Shown here piece by piece: positions 39,086 through 53,267 of a DNA stretch of 64,000 bases. The position numbers and the translations under genes were made by a program. Position 1 is the first letter of the stretch; every line of letters starts with the position of its first letter. The stretch lies in the NCBI GenBank assembly GCA_951406725.2, contig OX597824.1, positions 35,588,001 through 35,652,000 of the forward strand, read 5' to 3'. The notes below the pieces were generated by a model. That model was not told the DNA's origin, made no database searches, and saw only the letters and a list, made by a program, of their open reading frames with translations. This DNA comes from Octopus vulgaris. Lineage: Eukaryota.

Positions 39086-39139
39086 CTTCTTCTTCTTCTT
39101 CTTCTTCTTCTTCTTCTTCTTCTTCTTCTTCTTCTTCTT

Positions 39140-39212
<73 letters not shown>

Positions 39213-39213
<1 letters not shown>

Positions 39214-39570
39214 GGTGGCGAGCTGGCAGAATCGTTAGCTCGCCAGATAAAATCCCATTACGTTGTTAGTTCAAATTCCACCGAGATCAACTGTGCCTTT
39301 TATATTACCGGGGTCAATGAAATAAATACCAATCAAATACTGGATCAATGTAATCGACTTCTGCCTTGCCCTTCCTTCAAGAACTGTTGGCTCTGAGCGA
39401 AAATTTGAAACTATCATTATTATTGTTGCATTGAGTTCAAATTCCGCCGAGGTCGACTTTACCTTTCATCCTTTCGGAGTAGCTAAATTAAGTACCAGTG
39501 AAACACTGCGGTCGATGTAATTGACTTATCCACTCCCCCAAAACTTCTGCCCTTGTGGCAAAATTTGAAA
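39213..39570 (+). mobile_element. Two diverged SINE A copies
   Basis: Family head and core motifs at about 39213-39410 and 39432-39570. Confidence 0.7.
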
Positions 39571-41378
39571 CCATTATTGTTATTGTTATTGTTATTTTTC
39601 CTTATTATGTAATATTCAACAGTAATTACACGCATATACATATATTCACTCACATATACATATGTGCACGCGCACGCTTTTAATATGCGTACACACACAA
39701 CCATTGTGTGTAATGGTGTAATGTGTGTGTAGGAATACTTATCTAATATATGAATGTGTATATTTACATATATACATACAAACGCATACATGTGTGTGTG
39801 CGTGCGTGCGTGCATGCATGCCTATGTATGTATGTATGTATGTATGTATGTATGTATGTATGTATGTATGTATGTATGTATGTATGTATACTCTATGCAG
39901 AGCCGCATATATTTGTAATGTCAAGCCAACCACGTGTAATTTTACATATATTTATACATAAGAATGCATGTGTACATGTGTCTCATTGAATGTCTGTGTG
40001 AATATATATATAAACATGGTTATTTATAACTATGTATGTAACTAAATAGGGGATGGCTGTATATATTATGAACGCGTGTATGCGTGCGTGCATGCGTAAA
40101 AATGTGTGTATGTCGGTATATGTGTGTAGATAAGAATGTGTGTAGGTGTAAATGTGTGACAGTAGACGACAGTAAAGCGAATCGGAGAGATTAATGCCCG
40201 AAGGACGACGGCACAGAATGGAAAACTATTAAACATTGTCGAAATCAAGAAAGCTGAATGGAGGAAGTTTATTCACAATAATTGTTATGCCAGAAAAGAG
40301 GGCTATGTATGGGGTAGGGCCCCTAATTACACCCACACAATAGTCACGGGGCCTTGGTGGGCGCCGTATTGTTATTAGAGGCGTCAGATTGGAACTACAG
40401 TTAAAACATTGCCTCTCATTTGAAAGGAAGACGGTTCGTTCCCTGTTGGAAACTAAAATGTCGGTTATTCTATTCGATACGGGAAGTACAAGGACGAGTT
40501 TTTAGGAGCATTTAGTCAGGGTTCAATAAAAATTAAAACAAAATGGATTAGGGCTTTTTGGCGTGTGTTAAAATCATATCTGGTAAACGAAGAGGACATT
40601 GACAGAGTGGGGCGACTGGGACAGGGTGGGATAGGTGGTGGTCCTTTCTATAATATTAAGAGACGGTTGTTGTTGTTTTATTCTTATTTAAACCCTGATC
40701 AACTTTGATCAAAAGCCTTCAAGCCGTGACAATCCCAATAATTTAAAATATGTAATATTACGTTATTCAATGAGCACTTCCTTGTTTAAGTTGGTGGGGT
40801 GGTTCTCTTTTAATTTGTGGGAAATACAAGCTGTTATTTCTAGAAGTAGCTCCGTCGTTGCCTCGGTTGAAAACTAATGTAAAAAGGGAGCCGTATTTAG
40901 GTATTTCAAATATTCAGAGTTATTCTAATAAATCATTCTTAATTCACACGTTTCTAGATATTCTACTAGCGGGTTATTATTAACTTCATACGAAAGTCCC
41001 TCGACAAACATCAAATGGAAAGTATACGTATTTCGCTGAATCCTGGTGTGGTCCTTTGTGTGAGGGGAGGAGAGGTGCATGCGCATGTGTTTATGAATGA
41101 GTGAGTGAACAACAGAAACCTGGAGAATTCCGCAATAACAAAAAAGCTACACGCTACGATGTGAAGAACAAAAATAACAGAAACAGTCTCCCAATGTTGT
41201 GGAAAGGACCACCACCACCACCTACTCCAGCCTGGTGTTATATCTGATTCTACGGAAAAGTGAGTTCACTACTGTGCAACACTTTATTCACTCAGAGCAA
41301 ATTCATGCACGGGAACTTTTTGGGGCTCGAAACTTTGCACGGATTTACTTAGTTTATGAAGTCAGGAGTTAACCTCCA

Positions 41379-41430
<52 letters not shown>

Positions 41431-42394
41431 TTTATCTTTACTTGTTTCAGCCATTAGACTGCGGCCATGCTAATGTACCATCTTCAAGGATTTTAGGTGA
41501 ATGAATCTACTCCAGTACATTCACTCCCCAACTGCATGTCTCCATTTAATTTTCAATCTATTAGAATTTCAGACCTCTTTCGCTTGACTTTATTGACAAC
41601 AACTGTCGTTAACACTTTTGATTGTTTTGTTTTTTTCTCTATACACATTCAATCTCAATTATTAAGGTTTTTTTTTCTATTTTCGCTACATTTTATTCGG
41701 TCGTATATTCAGATTCCCCATCAGTCTTATAACTGTTGTCAGGTTAATCATGATTAAACTGGATCATGATCAAATACTCTCAAGCGGTGACCATCCCATC
41801 TTGGCAAGCAGCGTTCACCTAATGCTACATTGTTGCAGTAATACAGTATCTAGGACTAGATTAATCATTATTTTTTTTTATATTTAAGATATTAGGCCGT
41901 TGAAAGATTTAGTTATAATTTCTAGCATGTCAAGCGACACCTATGGGTTGCGTCATTGGTTCGTTCATTGGTCAAAATTTTCTATTGGTGTTTTGCCTGT
42001 TTGCATTGCCTTAGGCCCTCCGTATTTGATGGACCCCCATTCCGCTATAAGTCTGATCGCTGCTGATTTCTCCCATAAAAATATTAAACAAAGAAAAAGA
42101 AAGAAAAGCTGTGTTTGGGAAGAAGAACCAGCCCTTGTAACTAAACTGGTTCTTCGTTTATCGATTTTTACGAGGAAAAAATACAAAGTGGACTTCGGTG
42201 CGATTTGAACTCGGAGCGCCGAAGGCCTGAACGAATGTTGCAAGACATTTATGGCAACTCCTCCACATTACTGTCTTGAGTCCCAGTATTCATAGTGATC
42301 AGTTATTCAGTTTCTATGGCATATAAGCGACCGAGATCTCAACATTTCCCAGGGGAAGCCAGCGGAATAATGTGCGTTGCTCAAGAACACAACA

Positions 42395-42630
42395 TACCTA
42401 TTTCTTTATTACCTACAAGGGGCTAAACTCAGAGGGGACAAACAAGGACAGACACACGGATTAAGTCGATTACATCGACTCCAGTGCGTAACTGGTACTT
42501 ATTTAATCGACCCCGTAAAGATGAAAGGTAAAGTCGATCTCGGCGGAATTTGAACTCAGAACGTAGCGGCAGACGAAATACAGCTAAGCATTTCGCCCGG
42601 CGTGTTAACGTTTCTGCCAGCTCGCCGCCT
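42395..42630 (-). mobile_element. SINE A (long tail) with TSD
   Basis: AGAACACAAC on both flanks (about 42384-42393 and 42632-42641). Confidence 0.88.
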
Positions 42631-43714
42631 TAGAACACAACTTCACGAGTCTTCACAAGACATTCTATACGACGCACTATTTTATCAGTTGTTCACCATC
42701 CTGCTTCGTCCAATCCACTTAATTCCATTCTGTCTCAGCCAGTCAAGTTATTTCTAAGAAAGTTGCTGCTAAGATCTAGCAATCCCAACCAGAGAGGAAT
42801 TTGCCTATCATTTGCTACCCTCCATGTACAGAGACCAATTTTGAATACTTGCCACTGGGGAAAACATCAACCTAAAATATGCGGATAAATTAATAAATGA
42901 TTTAAATACTGTCTCAGCTTCAGTGTTATTGTATGTTCTATCATCATCTTCAGACAGGAATCAGTTTGCTTCGATAATTAGACAGTGTCGAGTTGAAAAA
43001 CAATCCTTATGCTAGACTGACCTGCGGTATTTAACGTTGGCAGTAGGTCTTTAACCAAGGTGAAGGGGTTCTTCTCGCCATCAATGAGAAGACTCAACCA
43101 TTCGTTCGACGGCAAAAAAAAAAAAGTGAAAAAAAAAAGGTAAAAGAAAAACTAACAACAAATAAGAGGAAAAAATCTTCACATAAGTATTTCAGTCTTT
43201 TCTTCAGATGATGGAATAATAATGGGTTGGTGACCAAGCTATATTTTAGGATCTGTCAACCTGTCATAGTAGCTACCGGCAGTATAATTTACCTGCAATT
43301 ATCACTCATACTCTCTTAGAATGGTGAGTTCACCGCATTTCTGGAACTGGTAATCCGACATAATTTCGTACATGCTCCACATTGCCGTTAGCAGCTATAA
43401 ATATAGGGGACTGCATAACTGTATCAGAGAGTGAGTCTGTGTCGAGGTGTGTATGTCTATTTGTTAAAGGAACTGCACGTCTGCGTGAGGGAGTGTATAT
43501 GGATAGGGTGTGTGTGTGTGTATTTGTTAAAGGAATTTACGTAATTAATGCATTTGTGTATATTCTTATTTTCAATAAATTATATATACATGTATATAAT
43601 TATATATATGTGGGAGTGGCTGCATAAATACGTGTACTTGTATGTAAATATGTCGCTGCATGTGTTTCTAAGCGTGTACGTATATATGTGTATGCATATA
43701 TACATGCATGTGTT

Positions 43715-43745
<31 letters not shown>

Positions 43746-44102
43746 GTGTATGTGCATATGTATATATGTATATATATGTGTGTGTGTATGTATGTATGTG
43801 TTGTATATATATATATTATATGTGTGTATGTGCATATGTATATATGTATATATATGTGTATGTGTATGTATGTATGTATGTATGTATGTATGTATGTATG
43901 TATGTATGTATGCATGTATAAAACTTACTTGGAAATGGATGCGTATATACATATATACACACATACATGTACATGCCACATATGTATGTATATATACATA
44001 CATGCATATATGGGTACAGGACGTCAAAAAACGTGAACAAAATATATATATGTGTCTGTGTGTGATTTTTCATGCACACAGACATACTTGTGCGTGTATA
44101 TC

Positions 44103-44139
<37 letters not shown>

Positions 44140-44649
44140 GAATATTATAAATATTCATATACACACGCATATTTATAGCTATAAATGTGTGGCATATTTA
44201 TATCTATGCACATGTATATTGCATGAATTTATGCATGTATATATTATATTGCATCAATAAACCTTTATATTCCATATGCATCTTCAGTCCGCAGACTTCA
44301 TAAATAATTCTTATATATATTACGATTCCCAAGCATGTGTCTATATTTTTTCTTTTATTGTTTTATTAATTATTTTTAATGAAACAACACACATACACGC
44401 GCACTATTTTTTTTTGTTTTTTTACATGACTACGTGCGTATACGTGTGTATGTAATATATCTGGATGTGCGTGTGCGTCTTTGTGCAACAAACGTGTGAA
44501 GATGTATGCTCACGTGTGCGTGTGTATAGACTATAGATATTCGTAAATAGATCAATGTATGTATGTATGTGTATGTATGTATGAGTGTGTCTATATCTAT
44601 GTGCATCTATAAATGTGCGCATGTGTGTCTATTTTTTTTTTCATTTTTC

Positions 44650-44880
44650 GTTTACTCTCTTTACTCTTTTACTTGTTTCAGTCATTTGACTGCGGCCATG
44701 CTGGAGCACCGCCTTTAATCGAGCAATTCGACCCTGGAACTTATTCTTTTGTAGGCCCAGTACTTATTCTATCGGTCTCTTTTGCCGAACCGCTAAGTAA
44801 CGAGGACATAAACACACCAGCATCGGTAGTCAAGCAATGCTAGGGGGACAAACACAGACACACAAACACACACACGCATA
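44650..44880 (-). mobile_element. SINE family B 3' half
   Basis: Reverse-complement tail up to the internal microsatellite. Confidence 0.85.
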
Positions 44881-44894
44881 TATATACATATATA

Positions 44895-44954
<60 letters not shown>

Positions 44955-45139
44955 TACGTTTGTTTTTCTCCTTTTTTTTTCAATCCAAGCAGCTATTGAA
45001 CGTGTTCCAGAATATAAGGAAAGACCTGTTGAAAGAATAATTCTGACGATTTTACAATATGTGGCGGAGGATAGCAGTGTCTAGATGGGACAGTTATAAG
45101 ATTAATAACATTTTAAGAATTTATTTGTTTACAAGGATT

Positions 45140-45423
45140 TCAGTTCATCCGATCAACGGAAGAGCCGGCTAGTGAATTTAAAGTTTAAAGTGGCTGAGCA
45201 CTCCGCAGACACGTGTACCCATAACGTAGTTCTCATGGAGATTGAGAATGCGATAAGAATGGTCCTTTGAATTTAAGATGCAACTTACTTTTGCCAGCCG
45301 AGTGGACTGGAGCAAAGTGAAATAAAGTGTCGTGCTGAAGGACACAACGTGTCCCCGAGTATCGAACTCACGATCGTACGATCCTGAGCGGAATTCTCCA
45401 AACCACTAAGCCACGCACCTTCA
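45140..45423 (-). mobile_element. SINE family E
   Basis: Collinear with 3980-4268. Confidence 0.75.
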
Positions 45424-45549
45424 CAATACATAATTATTTACATCAACGTGTATACACGTACTCATAGATATACTAACAAGCATGACGCTGTATAATTGTG
45501 TACACGTGCTTTTTACACACATACATGCACAGGCATGCATACGTTACAT

Positions 45550-45745
45550 GTACTCTTTTACTTGTTTCAGTCATTTGACTGCGGCCATGCTGAAGCACCG
45601 CCTTTAATCGAGCAACTCGACCCCCTTTTTGTAAGCCCAGTACTTATTCTATCGGTCCCTTTTGCTGAACCGCTAAGTTACGGGGACGTAAACACACCAG
45701 CATCGGTTGTCAAGCAATGCTAGGGGGACAAACACAGACACACAA

Positions 45746-45776
<31 letters not shown>

Positions 45777-46272
45777 CATATATACGACAGGCTTCTTTCA
45801 GTTTCCGTCTACCAAATCCACTCACAAGGCATTGGCCGGCCCGGGGCTATAGCAGAAGACACTTGCCCAAGATGCGGTTGGTTAGCAAGCTACTTACCAC
45901 ACAGCCACTCCTGCGCCTATGTTGTATGTATGCGTGCGTATGTTTGTATGCGTGTATGTATGACTGTGTAGTAAGAAGTTTGCTTCCTAACCATTTGGTT
46001 TCGGGTTCAGTCACAATGCGAGTCACCAAGTCAATGTGTGGGTGGATTTGGTAGATAGAAACTGAAAGGAGCCCACCACATATAAGTGTATGTGTGCTCT
46101 CGCGCTTACACGTGTGTGTTGTCCCCACTGCTGCTTGACAACCGGTGTTAGTGTCTTTACGTTCCCGTAACCAAACGGTTCGGCAAAAAGAGATCGATAG
46201 AATAAGTACCAGGCCTCAAAAAGGTACCGGGGTCGAAGCGTTGTCCCAGCATGGCCGCAGTCAAACGAGTGA
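45550..46272. mobile_element. Head-to-head inverted pair of SINE B: 45550-45918 (-) and 45958-46272 (+)
   Basis: Both match family B; about 40 bp spacer. Confidence 0.8.
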
Positions 46273-46320
46273 ACGACAACGATAATGTGTGTGTGTGTTG
46301 TGTGTGTGCGTGCGTGTGAG

Positions 46321-46369
<49 letters not shown>

Positions 46370-47509
46370 GTGTATGCGCACACAGTGTGAAGAAATCCTA
46401 AATACAACTTATATATTAACCTTTACAGATATGTGGGAATAGATGAGATTATTAAGCATCGGACAAGATATCTGCTCCGGCTTTGCATAATCGTAGTTCG
46501 AAACCCTCACACAGCCATCGATGTATGAAGACATTTCTAACAATCGATGCAACAATAAGTATCAGCAGTTTGAAAACAAATGGAAACGGTTCAATTGGAA
46601 GACTGACTGCCACTAAAGAAACACTCACACACACGCACACACACATAGATGGCCTGCCCCCTCTTTTGTTATTCACCAATATATTATATTTAAAGACAAC
46701 TTTACATACAGTATTGGTTAAAAATCTATAGCTATATTTTGTAAGTAACTGTGTAGCGTATTTTATATCGAAGGGATGGAGGGGGGAAACAAGCTGTTAA
46801 AATTTTCCAAAACGTGGAATGAAACGAACTTTTCCGAAGGAAGTTTTCGAATTAAGTTTTACTCCATAACACGTGTGTTTGAAAAGCTGTAAACAGTGAA
46901 AGTGCATAAACACAATGCTAACTTCCTTCTGAAAGGTTTGTATCATTCTGGGGGCATTTTTTTTTTTTAGTTTTTGATTTCTTTTTATTTACTCAATAAT
47001 TTTTAATGTAAGAGAAAAAATCTTTCTTCAGCTATAAAGTATTCTTAGCAAAAACTTTTTTAAATAGAGAGAGGAAGGGGAGAGGTAGATAGATAGATAG
47101 ATATCTACGTACAAACTCAATACACACACATGTATAGAATATATGTATATATATGATGTATATACTTTATCAATATGTTTGTACGTGCACACGTTATTTA
47201 TATATTGCTGTACATGTTCCATATGTATGCACGTATGTATGTACGTACGTATGTATGTATGTTCGTATGTATGTATCACTAAGAGCCTACATTTTCTGTT
47301 TGTCTAGTGGATCTCAGCATCATATTAGTGGAGTTTATTTTAATTACTCGTCACCCTACAAAAACAAGTTGGCAATCTTAGTTGTTACTCATTAAAAATA
47401 TGAAGCGGGGGAGGGCGAGTCTGTAGACATATCGTATATTCATATTTGAGAGTCTGTAATGATGTAATTCTATATCCATATGTCTTATGATGATATACAT
47501 GTACTACAT

Positions 47510-47549
<40 letters not shown>

Positions 47550-47767
47550 CTGTCTGCATGTCACTGTGTGTGTATTTATGTATGTGTTTATATGTGTGCT
47601 TGTTGTAGAGAATGTAATGTGTTTCGGTTACAGATAGATCAAAAGATAAATAGTTAATATAAAATTGAACTTAGAATTTTTTTTTTTTATCTAGGATCAA
47701 GTCTAGTAAGGTACAACGTTACGCCGTACCCCACATCTCACTCACTCACGCGCGCGCGTGTTGTAAG

Positions 47768-47812
<45 letters not shown>

Positions 47813-47829
47813 GTGTGTGTGTGTGTGTG

Positions 47830-48100
47830 TGTTTATTAGCCACATAGGGCTGCACACAGACGGGACAGATTAAAAAGTAGAGCTTTTCTTTTTGGGGAGA
47901 AAAAAAAGTGGGATAGGTTTTCGATCAAAAGGGATCGTAAAAGGAAAAAAAAAAAAAAAAACTAAAAACAAGAAAAAAGAAAAAAAACGATCAATGGGAA
48001 TCGTGTATCACAGAAATGTCATGATGTAAAGTGTAAAGGGGGGAAGCAGATAAGGTTTATCCGTGGAAGGAAAAGCCTACGGAAAAGACCACGGTAACTT
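47830..48100 (-). mobile_element. Probable LINE 3'UTR fragment ending in AATAAA at a (CA)n tract
   Basis: Minus strand is pyrimidine-rich and ends TGTCCCGTCTGTGTGCAGCCCTATGTGGCTAATAAAC; class is inference. Confidence 0.45.
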
Positions 48101-48214
48101 CTAGCACGCCGGGAGACAGTGTAGAGATTGCATGGTATTACTCCGTATGAAGCTTGGACCAGACCTGTGAGTCGATAATACAGAATAGAGATAGTTCAGT
48201 TTATTTCATGCTAC

Positions 48215-48942
48215 TAAAGAAACAGTAAGATGATACATGTTGAATTTATTAGGTACTGGCAGTATCGCCCGGCGTTGCTCGGGTTTGTAAGGGAAATAAC
48301 TATATAAGCATTTTTAGAGATGTACAGTATAATATCTCAATATGGCTAACCACAAAGGGGGTGGTGGTGTTACTGTAGCTTTTTACGTTCTGAGATTTAA
48401 TAAATTTTTAGAGAGTTACTTCCCTTATATATACCAAAAATGCATTAAAAATGGGAAAAATTGAAGGTAATTTTTTTTTAAAATCGTAGACTCATCGTAG
48501 ACGCGCGCTAATACCCAGAAGGGCTCGATATAAATCACGACTATAAGATACCCGGTTTTGGTTAAACTGCACCGCAAAATGTGGGAGTAGTTAGGAATCT
48601 AAATCGCAGGAGACAGACAGCACACAACCTCACTTTTATATATAAAGATTTCTGTTCATTTAGAAACTTGCAATGAAAAGACGCTAAACTATAAATTACA
48701 CAGCTACAACCTTAAAGTTGACACCGCTCCGCTCAACGCAGAACGTTTCTGTCTCGCTGTTGGCTATAAATACACAGTTTTCTCGATTTTAAAACCTCTG
48801 TAATATTTTCCCCCAATTTTTTTCTCCGCAACATCATACCTTCATAGCAATTAGACTGGAAAACTTTATCATTATAGCCAATTTTCAGATTTTTTTTTAC
48901 TTTTAAAAAGTGCATATTTTGCCAATGTAAAGAACGAGATCC
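48215..48942. mobile_element. Family M copy 3 (right-hand part), interrupted by a Helitron
   Basis: Matches 38100-38442 on both sides of the insert; ends ...GAACGAGATCC. Confidence 0.8.
48256..48648 (-). mobile_element. Non-autonomous Helitron
   Basis: Minus strand starts TC (TCTTTATATATAAAAG), ends CCCGAGCAACGCCGGG hairpin...CCAG (variant of CTRR), inserted between A and T with no TSD; empty site visible at 38133-38146. Confidence 0.85.
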
Positions 48943-49641
48943 CTTTTTTTCTAGCAACGTCGGTGTTTAGACAACCGTAGTCGTTTGGTGACAATTATAT
49001 TTTTCCTTTATGGTATCGCATTGCGTATGGGTGTTTATATTAATTTTCGTGCACGCGCACGCGCGTGTGTGTATAAATACCAACTTGTTACCAGTTCAAA
49101 TATTCTTGAGGTATATTTGTACCGTAAGAAAGTCAGTCAACGTATTTTGTCATGAGTTTAACATAACCTCGAATAAATAATTTCGTGATATAGAGAGAGC
49201 TGTTAGTGTACAGAAAAAATTAAATAATTCCCCATCGGGTCTAATAATGAATGTCTATTCTGGCGATTTAAAAAAAATATTGAATTTCAAATTGGCCATT
49301 TTAAAGTAATTTCAATAAACTAATCAAACTTTAAATGTACTAACGAAATATAATTGTTAAAAAAAAAAAAATTTGTCTATCTCTTTAAATTTCTATTTCA
49401 TCTCAAATTACAACCCCAGTTTTTCAAATATTAACTTCCGGATTCTTTATCCGATTTCAACTGATGAAAGTTTCAGTTTCCACAAAATACAAACTCTCAG
49501 AAAAAAGCCATATGAGACTAACTTGGACGAATTACGTTACTGAAAAATATCGCAGTTTGATAAATTTATAATTTTAGCCTCAAAATTTTCCTTTAGCCAA
49601 ATAGTGGTCTGTATATGCTTTCCATGTGTGTGTGTATGTAT

Positions 49642-49678
<37 letters not shown>

Positions 49679-50086
49679 CGTGTGTGTGTGTGCTTTTCTC
49701 CGGACTATCTGCTTCGGACTCTCTGCTCCGTCCGCCTTTTCCTCTTTCCTGGACTTCTTCCTCTATCCGACTTAGAGCCATGCTCGAAACATTTTTTCAT
49801 CTGAAACTTTCACTGAGCGTTAATCTGATATATTCACTGTGTTCGTCCAATTTACTTTTGTTGTTCTTTTCTTTCTGTTTTTTATTGCCTATGTAGATAT
49901 ATATACCCCCCCCCACATACATATATATATATATATACTAGCAAACGTACCCGGTAATTCTCGGGGAAGCGGTGTATGCGTGCGTGAAAGTCTTTGATGT
50001 TTCGAGCCTACTCTTTCCTACAGAAAGAAATAAGGAAAGAAAACACAGAGAGAGGGAGAGGAAAGAAACTGGAGAGTGAAAAGAAT

Positions 50087-50121
<35 letters not shown>

Positions 50122-52351
50122 GTATGTGTGCATGTATGTATGTATATATATATGTGGAAATCCTGGGTGTGTTTGTTTGTGGCGTTGTTATCTAACTACT
50201 ACATCGTTTTATCGATTTCGATGAAACTTGATACGTGAGTAGAACTCATGTCTGGAAAACTAGTGACATACTTAAATTGTTGAAAAAAATCGATAATAGG
50301 GCTCCTGGAAGGGATTTGTTATATATCTACAACATATAACTAATATATATTTTTAAACATCCGAGGGAAATAACTCATTCATGTTCGTAATTTATTTCGT
50401 ATAAATCAAATTGAGTGTGCTTATTTCTTAATATTTGAACTATTTAAGTTATTTTCGCAATTTATCCAGTACAACGCTTAAACAAGTAAATAGTATTTTC
50501 CTAAACAATAAAACCACTTATTTCGGTTACTGACTTATTCACAAATATACCAACACTAGCACCGCTGAGGGTAATATTATCTGTGAACGCACAAAAGCTT
50601 TTTTCAGAATTATTTACTTTGAATTATTATTATCTCATATCTGATTAGTCTGTTATTACGTAACATGCTTCACAATTTTAGTATAATACCTTATTAGTAT
50701 TTCCTCTTAAGTTCTATATGCTCTGGGAACGCATTAAAGGGGCTACTTCATTTGAATTAATTTCATGTTATAACATAACTGACTTCACAATTTGGGTATA
50801 CATAACTTATTAGGAATTCCTAAAAACAAGATCCTGTGTAAAACAGTTCGGTATTCTCAATAAATGCTCAAAAACCGTTTTAAGGGCAACATATTTTTGT
50901 ATTGTTGTTACCGGATTAGCGAAACAATTATAGAGCGGAAACGTCAAAGACACTAATTTTTCCTGAGCGTCAAATTAATATACCTTGTTTGTCATTCTTT
51001 CACCTGACTCTACCTTCTATGTTTTATGTTTTAACAACTTTTACCCATACGCACGCACACGCATACATACACACACTTTGATTGGTGGATGAGTATGTTT
51101 TAGAATATTTCAGTTTTCATTTATTTCTTCTTTACTCTTTTTAATTTTCTTATAACTATGCTAAGGTATTGTTATTTGGAAACATATTTGCCTTTACTTG
51201 CATTCCATCCCTGAATTTCTTGTATCCATATTCCCTCAAGTCACATTCAAAGACGGTATATAGTCAGAAATGGTGACAGAAATGGTAACCAATGTCTGTA
51301 CTTCGTGCCTGCTCTTTTTCCTATCATTGATACATTTTTTAACCATTTGCATCACTCACTACCCAATATTTAGTAGAATAATTCCCACTCTCTCTCTCTC
51401 TTTTTCTCTCTCCCTCTCTCTCTCCCTCCCCTCTCTCCAGTGTCTTCTCAGTGTCTGCATTGAAACAGAATTCAAACTTGGAAGTGTTATAAAATTACTG
51501 CTTGGAAGACACCAGATAATTCATCTCCGAAGTCTTAACTTGAACAATCAACATGCACATAAAAGCTATTGATACGCTAGATGTTATAATTGTTGGCTAG
51601 AAATGATTTTGTTCAAACATTCATGAGTTCGTTCGTCCATGCTTTCAATTTTGTTATTTTCTCTCCATATTAACAAATACCGTCAAGTATTCGGAACCAC
51701 CAGAATCATTAATAATAAGCGTTATAAGGTTAAATGTCGTACAAAGACGCTAATAAACCGTGGAGTATGGAAAAATAAGAATAATAATGAGGCTTATTAA
51801 TAGCAACATACCGCAAGATGAAGCGCTTCTCCATATTCAAATATATTTTAAATTCAATTCTAGCTAGTGCACCTTCATGTTAGTTTTGATTATAAATAAA
51901 GAAACGGCCATTACAACGATCCCGCTTCAATTCCCAAGTGAAGGTTATTTACACTCCATTTTTACTACAACCACAACGGTTGCTGCTGCTACGACTCCTG
52001 CTGCTATCGTTGTGCTGTTGATGAAAGCAAATACATTGCCAATTCCCATTACACCTCCAGTATTAATCCAGGACTTTATCTCCTAAATCCTTGCTACGAC
52101 TGTATAGCTAATCGCCATATTACGTTGAAGCACACTTTACTGCAGTTTATATTTATATACTTAGATCTCTGTTCCAAGTTCATATTTCCCTCGAGTATAG
52201 AATATTTGCCTTTCATCTACGAAGTCGCTAAAACAACTATCTGCAGTCAATTCTATACTACCCCACCACCACCACCATCACCATCTCCACCACCGCATTA
52301 ACCTCTTATAAATGTCACCAATGTAATTTAATGAAGCTAAAATACATAATG

Positions 52352-52560
52352 TTGGTTTCAAGATTTGGCACACGGCCAGACGTTCGTGGGAAGGGGCTAC
52401 TCGATTACATCGACCCCATTTCTCAATTGGTACTTACTTTATCAACCCCGAAAGGATGAAAAAGCAAAGTCGACCTCGGCGGAATGTGAACTCAGAACGT
52501 AAAGACATACGAAACACCATTGAGCACTATTCGGTGTGCTAATGACTCAGCCAGCTTGCC
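52352..52560 (-). mobile_element. SINE A (short tail), diverged
   Basis: Family core GAAAGGATGAA...GTCGACCTCGGCGG. Confidence 0.75.
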
Positions 52561-53140
52561 GGCTTACTGTTCGATATTGGTTTCAAATTTTCGTACAAGG
52601 GGGGAAGAGATGGGTTGGTTACATTGACCCCCAGTCAGTATTCAACTGGTACTTATTCTGTTACTTTAATATCACCGTTGTTGTTGCTAGACATAATAAT
52701 ACAACACTGCAACAAACCCAATACAAGTAAAGTCTGTATTTTCCTTTGAAAAAGTCGAGTTTTGTTCTGCCTTCCTCTGAAAAGATCTTTTGGTCAGGAT
52801 TAGAATGTGACACAAATGAATTCGATCGATCATTGATCCAACCGATAGTAATGTCTATCACAGTGACTGATAATGGATGTCCAGTAAAGTGGATATTCAT
52901 GTGTGTCTCTGTCTGTGTGTCTACAACTGTATGGATTTAATTGACTTGTTACTCATTAAACTTTCGGTAACAGCCATGTGGTTGTTCTTGACATCAACGA
53001 AGACACCGTTCATTTTTACCAATGGAATTATTTCGTTGTTACCCACCTGTGAAACCCATGCGAATATATGATCACAGAATCCCCACATATTGCTAATTCT
53101 GGTGAACTCTGATATTTGGTTACGTGCCCCACAATCGGCA

Positions 53141-53173
<33 letters not shown>

Positions 53174-53233
53174 TACAGAGAGAGGGGGAGAGAGAGAGGT
53201 GAGGGGGGAAACTGAGTGACAAGCAGGCATACG

Positions 53234-53267
<34 letters not shown>

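Noticed and set aside
42780-43050. Possible RTE-type RT remnant (GENINLKYAD)
   Set aside because: Only one short motif is convincing; too decayed to call without a profile search.
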